Origin: Podarcis bocagei
Lineage: Eukaryota
DNA length: 64,000 nt
Direction: 5' to 3' (one strand)
Assembly: GCA_964188305.1 (NCBI GenBank)
Contig: OZ076885.1
Part shown: piece by piece, positions 22,806 to 34,527 of the stretch
Layout: every line of letters starts with the position of its first letter
Numbering within the stretch: position 1 is the stretch's first letter
The notes under the pieces: model-generated
The model's database searches: none
What the model was told of the DNA's origin: nothing
Seen by the model: the letters and a program-made list of their open reading frames with translations, nothing else
Made by a program: the position numbers and the translations under genes

Positions 22806-25800
22806 CAACATTGAAATGGAAACAGCCAGCCTTTTCTTGCTGCATTTGCTAGAGACAAAGTTTGTCTATTTCAAACTTAACCACATAGCATTTTAAATAC
22901 ACAAACACAACTTTTTATGTATGTTGAACTTATATCCTTAAGATGAACTTCATGATTTTTCGACTTTTTTATTGTGCAACTGAATATTATTTGGATTCAA
23001 TGCATTCTCTTGATTTATATATTTGTATAGTTTTGTTCTGAAGCTCCTGTCTCACATCCACACTGTAATATAAGGATGAAAGCAAACCAGCTATTTAAGT
23101 GCTAATTTATAGGGCTTTGTGTGGTTTCTTTATTCCTGACCATAACTATGCAATATAATGGCGACCTTTGTGCTCTGGAGTAATTGAGGGAAATGGCATG
23201 ATTTAATTGATTTGGTTGAACTTATTCTTTTTTCTGTTAATTAAAAGTTCCAGGGTGTGTAGCGTGTAGCTCAGATAAAGTATGGGAGTTCAAATGCAGG
23301 GCAGTGCTTGGTGACACTCAGGCTTTGGGGAAGGAATGTGAGATGGCTGGTTAAGAAGTCAGAGCTGGTTCAGCATTAATGCCAGAGGAGCTTTGCATTG
23401 ACATTGGAGGTTGCACAGGGCACTGGCAATCTTTTTTAAATGATGAAGAGGGAATACACAGTGTATAACGAAAGCAGTTTATCCATGTGTCCAAGTATCT
23501 AATTTAGCATTCCCCAGTAATACATCACATTTTCAGGGCAATTGTATGTACTCTAATAATTTGATAATGGTACTTGCTGTATGGGGAGAAAGCAAAGTCA
23601 GAAGCAGCCAGATCCAAATTAGTTTCTAGGTTATACTTCCGAAGGGCTGCCTATGTATCAGGTTTAGGTAAACAAGAACTTCCAGTGGTAAGGCTTGTAA
23701 GTCACTGCAAACCTGCAGCATGGGACTTTCTGTCCCTTTCCTGTATCTCTGAGAAATTCCTTATTGTTCTTATAGTACATCCATCACTCTCACTGCTCAG
23801 AATATGCAAATGTTTGCATGAATATTTCAGCAATGAAACTACAGCTAGAAGTACTATTCTGCCAATGCTACATGTTTTAGAAGGATATAACATCAAACTA
23901 AATCTCTCACATTATCAGGCTGGTTTCTTAAGCTTTTGATTGGAACCACCTGGAGGAGCCTTCTAGTAGAAAAGGTGAGTGGCTTGGAAAGTTCTTACAA
24001 AGAGACCTTGAGTTATACTCCTAGTCAAGCATACTAGTTAACCAAATAGATCAACATAAACATTATTTGTAGGATTATGCTGAATGTTCTCTCATTTCAG
24101 TTTTGAAGTAAAGCAGTGCTTTTGTAGCACCCTGCTTGTGGTTAACGCTTAGCTGGAATGAAATATTCAACGCAGCAATAGAGAAATTAAAATAATTATT
24201 TATTTGTCAGACAAATAAATGAGAGGCACAGTGGTATATGGTTACCAAGCTCTGGCCTGGCCTCCTGCCATTATGGCCAGCACTTATATTCCCTTAATCC
24301 AGCCCCCTTTGCTCCTCCTGTGGCTGCCTCTGTTCAATCAGCCTGGTTGAATTTCCTATTGGCTGATTGCTATAACCAATTCTAAAAGATACACCCATAT
24401 ACTCCTGTCCTTATATGGAACACAAAGAGCTATATATTGTTACATCTATAAATGACAAATAAGTAGTAATATATCTTACATGTGTCTCAACAAGAAATCT
24501 TAATTACCAGCTCACCTCTTGCCCTCCTTGCCCTATTGCCTTCTAAAACTAATGGTTAATCTTAAATTTTTATCTTAAACATATGTCAAGGATCTTGAGT
24601 TTCACATCAACATTGAAAGATCTCCTTCATTTGAAGGTTTCTAAACAAATGTCTGACAACTAATATATCAGGACTGCTTGGATGGCGTCTCTTGTCTGGC
24701 AGGGGGGCTAGACTGGTGGCTGACTTAATTTCAAAATACAACTCTTACAACTATATGAAATAAGAATCTAGCATTTGTTAAATCCTTTGCATAATTACAT
24801 CTATGCCAATACACTTAATACACAACACAGGTAGCCTCTTAAAAGGAATAAGGTCTTTGTAAAGTAGAAAAGGGAACTCAGTAAAAAAAGCAGTTTCAAA
24901 AGAAGCCTCTTCAGTTTACACTCCCCCCCCTTCTCCAGCCAGTTGCTTTTCCCATTAGCTCTTCCCAACATTTATTGCCCTCTAACTTTCTGTCAGCTAG
25001 ATGCTTCTCCATTTGGTCTTTAACCTTAGAAAGAAGATCTAGCTCATTTTACTGGGAGGCACATTGGTATTATTTTACTATTTACTCATTCCTAATTATG
25101 TTTATCTCTGCCCTTTTTTATCTTCTATAACATGTAGGGTCAGTGTCCTCACTCAGTCTGTAATTCCAGCTTTTACGACTTTGAGAATTGTTTTCTGCTA
25201 TAAATCAAGGGGCCCCCTTGTCTAGGAGGAAAACATTGCCAGTGTTTTCTTAAGCAGCTGGTCTGCCTGGCATGAAACTTTTGAAAATCTTTAAGCTCTC
25301 TCTTTAATATAGGAACCTGATCAAGATATAAGCCAATATATGCCTTGATTAAAAATGCAGTCTATATTCAGATGCCACACTTTCATGATGGGCAAAATAT
25401 ACCTGCCCAGAGAAAAACAACCTTATGTATGTTCACATTATTTTGAACCTCTTAGCAGCGAATGGCAGCAGTTTGTGCCTTTTTTTTCCTTTGTAGGTCT
25501 TCTTTCCTTTGTAGAGGGATTTATTTAGGTCTTCTTTTTCCTTAATAGAGCCATTCATATAATGAATGGATGACAATGCTATGTAACCAATGTGTTTTGC
25601 TATGTAGCTAATGTGTTACTATTTCTGATAGTCCCAAATAGCTAATATTACTAAGCAAAAGCAAATCAAAGTCACTTCGTAGTGCTGCTTCTTTGATTAC
25701 TCAAATGGTGATTTTAGCTCAGGGATCACACCCTACAGAACAGAACTGCATGATGGTGCTGCTGTGAATCCAGTCATACCTAGCTACATGTTGATGTCTG

Positions 25801-26765
25801 TGAGGGAACACAAATGTCATCCAGAGTGAGAGGGTAGCACTTCCTGAATAGCTGAGGAATTCTGTCCACTTTTGAAGCAACCACTGAAACTTTGCCTAAT
25901 GCATGGAGAAAGTTTTAATAAAGGCAAAAATGTTTAACAAAAAATATCCCTACTTAGTGCATAAAGGGGATTAGATTAGAGAGAGAGAAAAAACTGGCTA
26001 AAAGCAACACTACTGAATGAAGGCTACTAGGGTATAATCCAGCCCAAGTAAAGTCTGTTTACATCTGGTTGATTTTAATGAGGCAGACTTAAGTCTTTGA
26101 TTACTTCTATTGAAATAAATTAGACTTAGAATTTGTCATATTTGTGCTTTTATTTGTGGCCTTGCAATGTAGTTTGCATTAGCTAGAGTCATCCTCTTAG
26201 TTTTTTCAGTGGTTTGGAATTCTAAAGGACATTCCATTGTCCTTGATCTGCTACTGTTAAACTCATTGGCTCAACTGTGATACAGACAGATCTTCTCCTT
26301 CAGTTCCGCCATAGTCTTCCTTCCCTTCGTCTATGGGAGAAACAGTAACAAACTCTGCACCCCAAGGCAGCTTCAGTCAGCTAGCCATTGGCAGAGAGCT
26401 GACAGTCCCTGCAATTTGCAGCAGTAGCTGTGCCACCAGAGGCCATGTGAAGTGGCTCATAGTCATGAATCATCCCTTCCCTACAGCAGTAACAGCCAAG
26501 CTGAAACTGTGCTGAATTCTGCAGGTGAACTCTTTGGCTTAACTGCTGCCATTCTCTGCTGGACTGCTTGCCTCAGAAGGTCTGCTCCTCCTTTCAAACT
26601 TGTTAAAGAGTTAGATCATGCACAGAGAACCCTTATAATCCACTGTCACTTTTAGACTGTCCAAGTAAAATACACTAGTAAGACATATGGCAGGAGACAG
26701 TGTGTTCAGAATAGCAGTGATTTGAAGCCACAGGAGGGGAGAGTGCTCTTGTAACTCTTGATAAC

Positions 26766-27212
26766 CAGTGGTTTTCAAGCAATGTGCTCTGGCATCCTGG
26801 GGTACCTTGAATGATGGTCAGGGGTGTCTCAGGCGACACTGGCCTCTGTCCCTCTTCTCTTCCCTTCCTCTTCTGATGCCCTCTTGTGTCTCTGCCTCCC
26901 AAAGGCTTGCACAGCTGTTTATTGCAGCAGCCCTGGCTATAAACTCCAGAAATAAATGGTGCGTCTGGGAGGCACCTTTCTTTGGGATGGGGGGCGGGCA
27001 TCCCAGAGACCTGCAGCAGCAGCTGCCCAGAGGGCTCTCAAGGAGGCTGAGAGAAGACTCCACAAGGGAGGGTGTTTGAAAAAGAGTGAGAGAGGCTGCC
27101 AGCTCTGCAGGCAAGGGGTAACATAACTGGGCTCCTGAGCCCCACAGGAGTGCCGCAAAAAGAATGCAGTTGGTCAAGGAAGCCGTGGACTCCAAAAGGT
27201 TGAAAACCTCTC
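26766..27212. mobile_element. hAT (Charlie-like) non-autonomous element
   Basis: Termini cagtggttttcaa / ttgaaaacctctc form imperfect TIRs around a GC-rich interior. No matching 8-bp TSD is left. Confidence 0.55.
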
Positions 27213-30200
27213 CCTCAGTCAGTTGAACCTGTTAAGTAAATACCATCAAACCCACAACGAGAATATGACCACACTAGCAGAGCCCTCACTCGATAAAATA
27301 CTATGTTGTGGGTATATTTATTTCTTTTCAGGGAACATATGAATACTTTATGGCGATATTAACACACGTTCCATTCTTAAATTGCGTATATGTTCATACA
27401 TGTCAGTAGATTAGCTCTGAGAAAGCCTTGCCTGGTTGTTGAATCATTTTCTAACATGTAGACTTAGGCACCTGCATACATTAAAAGCTGTATTCTTCTG
27501 TTAAGTTTGCTACCCAAATTGTACAGTTGCATGTTCACCTGCAATCTGTGCCCTTGTAACTAGAAAAAAAACCATATGTGAGCTTGTGTTCTAATTTTCT
27601 ATATGAAGAAGTAGCACATTGTGATATTTCTCTTGCTTAGGAAAAGCATTATTTAACAATGCCGTCAATGTAGCTTGAAGCCCAGAATGACCATAGCCCA
27701 TGCTTTGATCCCTCTTGCTGTAGGCACTTTAAGATTGGAGAGTCTTGGGTATTTCTTCCTGGGGAAGTTGGAAGGAAAATGCCACAATATATGTCTAAAC
27801 CAGCTTTGTTTCCCTTATTGCCTATACCAAAGTGAGCAAGAGAGTTTTGTGTTTGTATCTTGGTTATAGTTTATTACAACCAAGCTAGTTTATCATTGCT
27901 ATTCCACATTTCTGTTTAATAATAATTGATAATAGTAAATCAAAGCAGCTTACACTGACATTAAATTTATCAACATAAAAACAAATATAAGAAGACATGC
28001 CCATGAAAACAGTAAAGTGACAATAATAAAAGATCACTTTAAAGACATGGGGTTTGATCCAAGCGTACCCTTTTATTCATGGAATCAAGGAGGGAGTGTC
28101 AGTAACGTCACATTCTATGCTGTTCTGGAGGGTCCCTCAAATACATGTTCAGGGGTGCACTAGGTTGAAAGAGGACTTTGTGAAAATTGTCCCCCCTACA
28201 CTACCATTTGTGGGTGCCAGGAGACCCTTTCCCAAGTGGAATTCCACTCCAACCTTATGAAGTGAAGTTAGTTTAAAAATATAACCCAAAATAGCATGTA
28301 TGTCTTTCTGCACTTCCTTAAAAAATGTACATTCCTTTTTTAGTAAGTTTGATATCTCTTTGATTAGGTTACTTAGGAAACCAGTTCACCTGAAGGAGAT
28401 GGGATCTCTCATGCTGCTGTTAATGACTTTTGGTCATTTGCTGTGTTTTGTTTTGCTTTGAGGCAGAGTTCCAAAGAGTGTTTTGTTTGAAGTATACGGT
28501 AATTTCACTATGATTTTTGTGGAGAATAGAAAGTAAACCAGATTTATTCTTTAACTGCAAGCCACGTCCATGACTTTTTCATGTGAATAAGAACTTGATC
28601 GATATGCACTGGAATAAGAATATTTCTAGTGAACTGCATTAAATTGATGAACATACCCTATGGGGAAATGCTTTTTTGTTTCTGTGTAATTCCATTACTT
28701 AATTATGGGAAAGCCTGCTATGTTAAAATTACACCGCTCAGGTTTCATGAGAGACTGTTAACACTTGGCTACTTCCCTGCCAGCTTGCATAATAATTAGC
28801 TTCACGCAGAGTAAAATAGCGTGACTTCAAATGAAGTAAATATTGCTGGGCACGAGCAGGATCTGATATCACATTTTATAGGGTCAGTTAGAGGAAAACA
28901 GATTGCTAGTTCTGTCTGTTAGAAATCACCGGGATGAGTTCACAACAAATACTCTTATTCTTTACACTGTGCTCAACTTCCCAGTAACAATTGACCATCC
29001 TACATCCACTGTTGTGCAGCAAACTGAAGCAATGTGATTTGTCTTGTCTTCAGTTCAGTATGGTTTTAAATACTGTTACTCAGGAGCCACCCTGTCCCCA
29101 AGTTTGCCTTGTGAAAATACATCTAATGGGATGGGGTGCATACTAAATTGAGATGAATGAGGCAAACTGGCATGGACATACAGGATGAAATCTTTGTCAG
29201 AGAGTAAGATTTTTAATTATTTGATGGGCAGTATTGTTCTGTTGAACTGCTGAGTCTTCCTCAATCTGCTGCGTCTGTTGGCTATGTTCAGATGACACAG
29301 TTAACTTGTTTACTGGGATCGGAACAAGCCTTGGGCTTTGGCTCTGTGGCCTACCAGGCCTTAAACTGCTGTTAATCTTTACTATGGTTTGTTGAAATAA
29401 GCCAGCTTTAAACTAATTATTTCAAGTTAGCTTGTTTCATACAAACCGTAGTAACCCTTGGTTTATTGCGTTTGGACTAAAAGGCAAGGCGAATCAAAAG
29501 TTTACAAGTGAAAATAACTTGGTTTTGTAAACAGCAGGACTCTGTACTCTGGTGCAGATGTAACACTGGCTATTACCAAACCATCCTTTGCATATTGGTA
29601 GCCACCCTTCGGTTTCCCCTTGGTTTCCTTAACCTTGGTTGACCATTACTTCTGCACTAGTGCTAACCAGGGTTCACATGTGATGCTATTCTGTACGTAA
29701 GGCAAACAGAAGAATGGATGGAATACCTAAATGCAGTGTTTTGTTTTTTTCTTTAAAAAAAATGTTTAGGGCAAAACTCTCATATTGAAACTCTCATTTT
29801 CCTACTCATATTAGAATACTGCTCCTCAATGAGGCCAAACTTAGATTCACAAAATGTTATGGGGTATGCGTACCCCTGCATCCCCCCAGAAAAAGCACTG
29901 CCTAAATGCCTAAATTGTTTTCTTAGAAAACCCTCCCTCCCTTCCCATTTGTGAACCGTGTTGAACTTCACTTGGAACGTTCCTCTGCTTTTTTTTTTAT
30001 CCTGAAGCTGTAATCAAAGAACATACAAGGAATGAAAAAAGCTTATGAGTGCTTAATTCAACAACCTAGGCATGTTACAAAAAGAAACAACCCACAAAGC
30101 CACAATCCTCTGTAAAGGCTAACCTAATCAGTCCTATTCCAAATCTATGCCATTTATCTCTAGCAGTCCCCCCCCCCCGGGTTTTGTCTCTAGGCATACC

Positions 30201-30389
30201 CTTTTCTATGATGAAATATGCACCTCTGCCCTGGGAAAGAATCGTATCACACAGATGATCTGATGAATAGCTATTTGTGCCTTATATTTAAGCCCTTGCT
30301 ATCCCTTCTTCATGACTCTTCATATATTAACAAGTGGGCATCTTTTTCAACACTTCCAGAAAAGAGATACAGAAGATAATATTTTCTAG

Positions 30390-31640
30390 CAAGAGGGAAT
30401 GATTTAAATCAAGATGGTTTAAAATCAATGATTTGAATGAGCAAGAAAAAGGAGGTTGATTTAAGTCAAGTTTTCTTTTGATACTACTTCACGTATTTTC
30501 TAAAAGATGGTGCAAACTACTAAACTCTGTTAATTTACAGAATATTGCTTACCCTGTTCCATATGTACAACCAAGCCTTGCATCTCTTAGTCTCAGTATA
30601 CATTTTACATACTTCCTTCTTTTTCCCCGTAGAGGGAATGTCTCTAAAATGTTCTCATATAGGATCTTTCTTATGACAAACACCCATGACAATTTGCAAA
30701 GTTAGCAGCAGAATCCTATTTGCCCAGGAGTAAATCCTCTTGAGTTCAGTAGGGCTTTAACTATAAGTGAATACAGGACTGCAGCACAAGTATGGGGAAT
30801 AATAGAGACCTGAGCACTGCATAAGTTTGCCTTCCAGTCTTCTTTCCGGTTGCTCCTTTCTGCATCTCTTGGTCCACATTTAACAAAAATGAGGTATCCA
30901 TGACTGATAGGTCAAAGCAGGGGTGATTATTACTAGGCAGACTAGAGCTGTTGATTTTCATCAGATTAAGATGAAATGCCTATATCTGAATAATGATAAG
31001 ATAGGTTCTTCATTGAGACAGAAAAATCTATCTGGATATAGTTGATGGAAGGGGTTGATTCAGTGCATATAAATGAACTGTAGGTCTAACACAGCCTTGT
31101 GACTATACCCCACCCCCAAGTTACTGTTAGAAGAAAAGAAAAAGCACTAACCTGCTAGGTGCTGACCAAAGAGGGATGGAGAGTGGCCTTTCTGTGCTGG
31201 GTCCAGAGGAGAGACAAGGTGCTCCCATTCTTCTTCCAACAGCCCACTCCTTTCTGTGCATGGAGTCCTGGTTGTCAGTGACTACAAAGCTACTACCAAG
31301 GTTGGCTAATGTGCCTATATCCAAATTAATTTACATTTGATCTCTTTACTATATAAGGGAAACTTAGCAAACCTTGTCAGAAGAATTTCTGTGTAGGAGT
31401 TTCCACTTGTGCAGTGGGGCTTTTCCCTCCACTCTCCTCCCTGTGCCCCTGAAATTAGCTGGTGGCGGGGAGTTGGGAGGATCCCCAGAATAGGGTGGGT
31501 GTGGTTTTTTCTGCTTGTGCAAAGAGAATGTTCATCACAGTGCAAAATTGAATTCCACCCTCCGTATTTACAATTCTTAAAAACATCAAAATCCAATTAT
31601 TAAATCTGATTTTTCTTAAATCTGATTTTTAGTCCACCTA
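30390..31640. mobile_element. Possible ancient hAT-like DNA transposon relic with nested small repeats
   Basis: Left end has reiterated tgatttaaatc motifs, and right end has aaatctgatttt x2 followed by agtccacc. Boundaries are uncertain. Confidence 0.3.
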
Positions 31641-33384
31641 ACATGCTTATGTTTGAGAGGAAGCCAATAGAGACATCAAAGGTGGTGAATATGGGATTAA
31701 TCTCAGTACCAGGTCATATGTCTATCCCCAAGATAGTAAAGTCAGCGCGTGGGCCTGTGCGGCTGCAGCATTTCTCCCTGAAATGTGGTTAAAGGAATTG
31801 AACTGGGCTGCAGTGCTGTGCTCCTCTCCCTTAGAAAGTCAAGCAGTCCTCTGCCTTCACCACAATGAGAGGAGTATAACTATTACATTTGAACTGCCCG
31901 GTGGTGCCTTGGCTACTTCGTTTCTTTATGTCAAGGGACTTTGTCTGAATTTGCCATAGTGTGAAAATCTCCAAAGTTGCCATATCAGAGAGAAATTATT
32001 TCTGAAGTGTTGTTTTTTTCTCTGTCACTTGAGAGCAGTTTCAGATAAAAGGTTTTAGAACAAGGAGGTCAAGTGTGTGACAGCCTGTTTTCCTCTGCCC
32101 TAGAAATATATTTATGAACTCACACTCAAGTCCCCCCACTCCGCAAAACCCATTTTTGGTTTTATTTTAGCTGAAAGAACTTCCTCATCCTCCAGTGCCC
32201 TTGAGAGCACATTGAGATAGGCGTACAGTATTTGTTTGTTTCTGAGAGCAGAACATTCATTAGAAGCTGGAGGAGATTGCTTTCCATTCCCCTCTCTCAC
32301 TGCAACAGACATCCAAATGCCAGGGACACAAGGTTTTGTTCTAACCCAGAGAGTGAACTTGCACCATGAAGAAAGTGGCTGGGGATTCTTTCCAGCTTTC
32401 AAGTGCCGTGGGTTGAGGTGATATTCAGCACAGTGCATTTACCTGCTTACCTCATAAGCTAGATGCTCTTCTCTACTTAATACCACAACCCACCACATAG
32501 TGAAGCTTGATTAATTTCTTTGATCCCTGAGGGTGCTCAGTTCTGTCCTGGATTGTGCCTCTTCTGAGTCCTCTTCCAGGCTAGGCACTGTACTCCATGC
32601 TAGACCAGCAGTCACTTTCCAGATGCAAGCAATTGCGGAAAGTTAGCTTCCTAAATAGTATTTTCTGCAGCCACAAATTCCCCTTTTGGTTAGTTTGGGA
32701 TTGTGCTTTAAAAGATCTGGACTGCTCTTCTATTTAAGTCAAGCCAGAGGGAATGTAGCATTCTGTAGCATTGGCTGTACTGGATACAAAGACCTGTGAA
32801 TGTGGTAAATCCTTAGAGTTTGGTTTTCCTGTAATGTGGAAGCCTGAATTAATTCTGGCCTTCATAGTTAACAGCAAGAGAGGTTAATTCACAGTTCATT
32901 CCCAATTTAGCTCAGTAATTAGCTGTTTGTAGAACACTATTTGTGTTTGTTTTGGAGTTAAATACACATAGACGTAAGCCACACTTTAAAAAATCTGCTG
33001 CACCTTTACAGAGTGAAATTTAAACTTCCTGACTTAATTCACTAAAACATAATGGAAACATTTGTTTTTTAATTGGTCAATTTTAAAGCAGACAGATGCT
33101 TCGAAAGGAACGATGTAATGAAATTATATCCATTTAACAAAATCTACTGCTTATTATTTGTTTTCCAATTAAGTGTCAGTTAAGAAGCAATTTCTGTAGG
33201 TGGGAAGAAGAGGTATAGGCATTGTTTCTAACATTATATAAAGCCCAGAGCTGTAGCTGAAAAAATTGGTCCAGGATCCAGTGGGGTATTTAATCACAGC
33301 TCCATCTGCAACCAAGCGCTTTGAATGGATACTAGCTTTTTGTTAAATGTTAACCCTCATTTAACCCTCTTTAATGTTCTTCTT

Positions 33385-33545
33385 TAACCAGGCCTTTGGC
33401 TGATTGACATCCAGTGCCCTTTTAAAATATGATGGGGGTGTTATTGGGTTGTTCTTGATTTTGTTTTTATTATGTATGTGATTTTATGTTGTGATTTTAT
33501 CTTGTGAACCGCCCTGAGACCTATGGGTATAGGGCAGTATACAAG

Positions 33546-33580
<35 letters not shown>
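33385..33580 (+). mobile_element. L2 LINE 3' end with (AAT)n tail
   Basis: aaccaggcctttggctgatt...tgtgaaccgccctgagacctatgggtatagggcagtatacaa followed by ~10 AAT units. Confidence 0.75.
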
Positions 33581-33582
<2 letters not shown>

Positions 33583-34159
33583 CTTCATCAATATGATGCA
33601 TTTTCTCAGTTAAAATTATGAGTACTTCACTCTTGCAAGTAAGCATATGATGGCACACAGTTTATGATAAAAAGAGGGGGGAAATTAAAGCAAGCTTTTG
33701 ATCAGGTACTAAAGTCCAGTTCAAACATTCTCAGCCTTCTGCATTCAATTGAAGCCCCCTCTGTGGACACGTTCATGTGAACAATGTAATATGTGACCTG
33801 GGCCATTATCAGATACACCTGTAATCTCCTGACAGAGATTGCCAATAGTGACACTTTTTTTTTTTTTTTGCTGCCATAGTCACAAGAATTGCCTTTGGTA
33901 GCTGTGCATGAGGGCACAAAGTGGACTTCTGGTGGCATAATACATTTTAAAATAATTTAATATTGAGGTGCCCTAAATAAGAATTCTCATTAACACATCC
34001 CTAGAAACAGACTGGATACATCGCATAATTAAGGTGCTGAACTGGTGGAAATACACTCATAGTTCTAGTATTTAAGTGCACTAATAAAGAGTTGCGGTAT
34101 AAAATGTCTTCAAAATAGTTTGTACTTTAAAAAAAAAATTGCACTATTGTTATTTCCTG

Positions 34160-34315
34160 CCACTGGGTTTCCTTTTATTAATGCTGTTTTTATACTGTTT
34201 TAAATGCCATGTTGGGTTGTTGTTGTTTTGTATATATTATGGTGTTAATTTTTATGGTAAGCACCTGAGAGAACTTTTTGTTGCTGGGCAGTGTATAAAT
34301 AAAATAGGTAAATAA
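34160..34315 (+). mobile_element. Degenerate L2-type 3' tail just upstream of exon 8
   Basis: T-rich 3' UTR, then gtaagcacctgagag...gggcagtgtataaataaaata, the same end pattern as the other L2 tails. Confidence 0.5.
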
Positions 34316-34344
34316 TCAAATGTGCTTTTAAAAATCTCTTGCAG

Positions 34345-34527
34345 CCACCTTGTATACTTCTGGCATCTTGTTTGGCGTCTTCTTGAACAGCAGCGTACCT
34401 ATTTTCTTTGAACTTTTTGTGGAAACTGTCTACCCTGTTCCAGAAGGGATTACTTGCGGCGTGACCACTTTCCTAAGCAACATGTTCATGGGAGTTCTTT
34501 TATTTTTTCTTACTTTCTACAATAAAG
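34345..34527 (+). CDS. SLC49A4: SLC49A4 coding exon 8
   Basis: Acceptor tctcttgcag|CC and donor AAG|gtaagg. Encodes (A)[60 protein letters not shown]. Confidence 0.96.

Noticed and set aside
26420-26450. Second CTCF-like motif (gccaccagaggccatg)
   Set aside because: It mismatches the conserved GGC part of the core and is too weak to call without PWM scoring.
26675-27195. Four overlapping 73-125 aa ORFs
   Set aside because: They fall in the GC-rich interior of a hAT-like element, resemble no known protein and have no exon structure.
13965-33580. Inverted L2 tails flanking exon 7 as a back-splicing driver
   Set aside because: Only ~20 nt are identical, the copies are 19 kb apart and otherwise diverged, so stable pairing is unlikely.
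34521-34526. AATAAA at the end of exon 8
   Set aside because: It encodes Asn-Lys and sits directly against a strong 5' splice site, so use as a poly(A) signal is unlikely.
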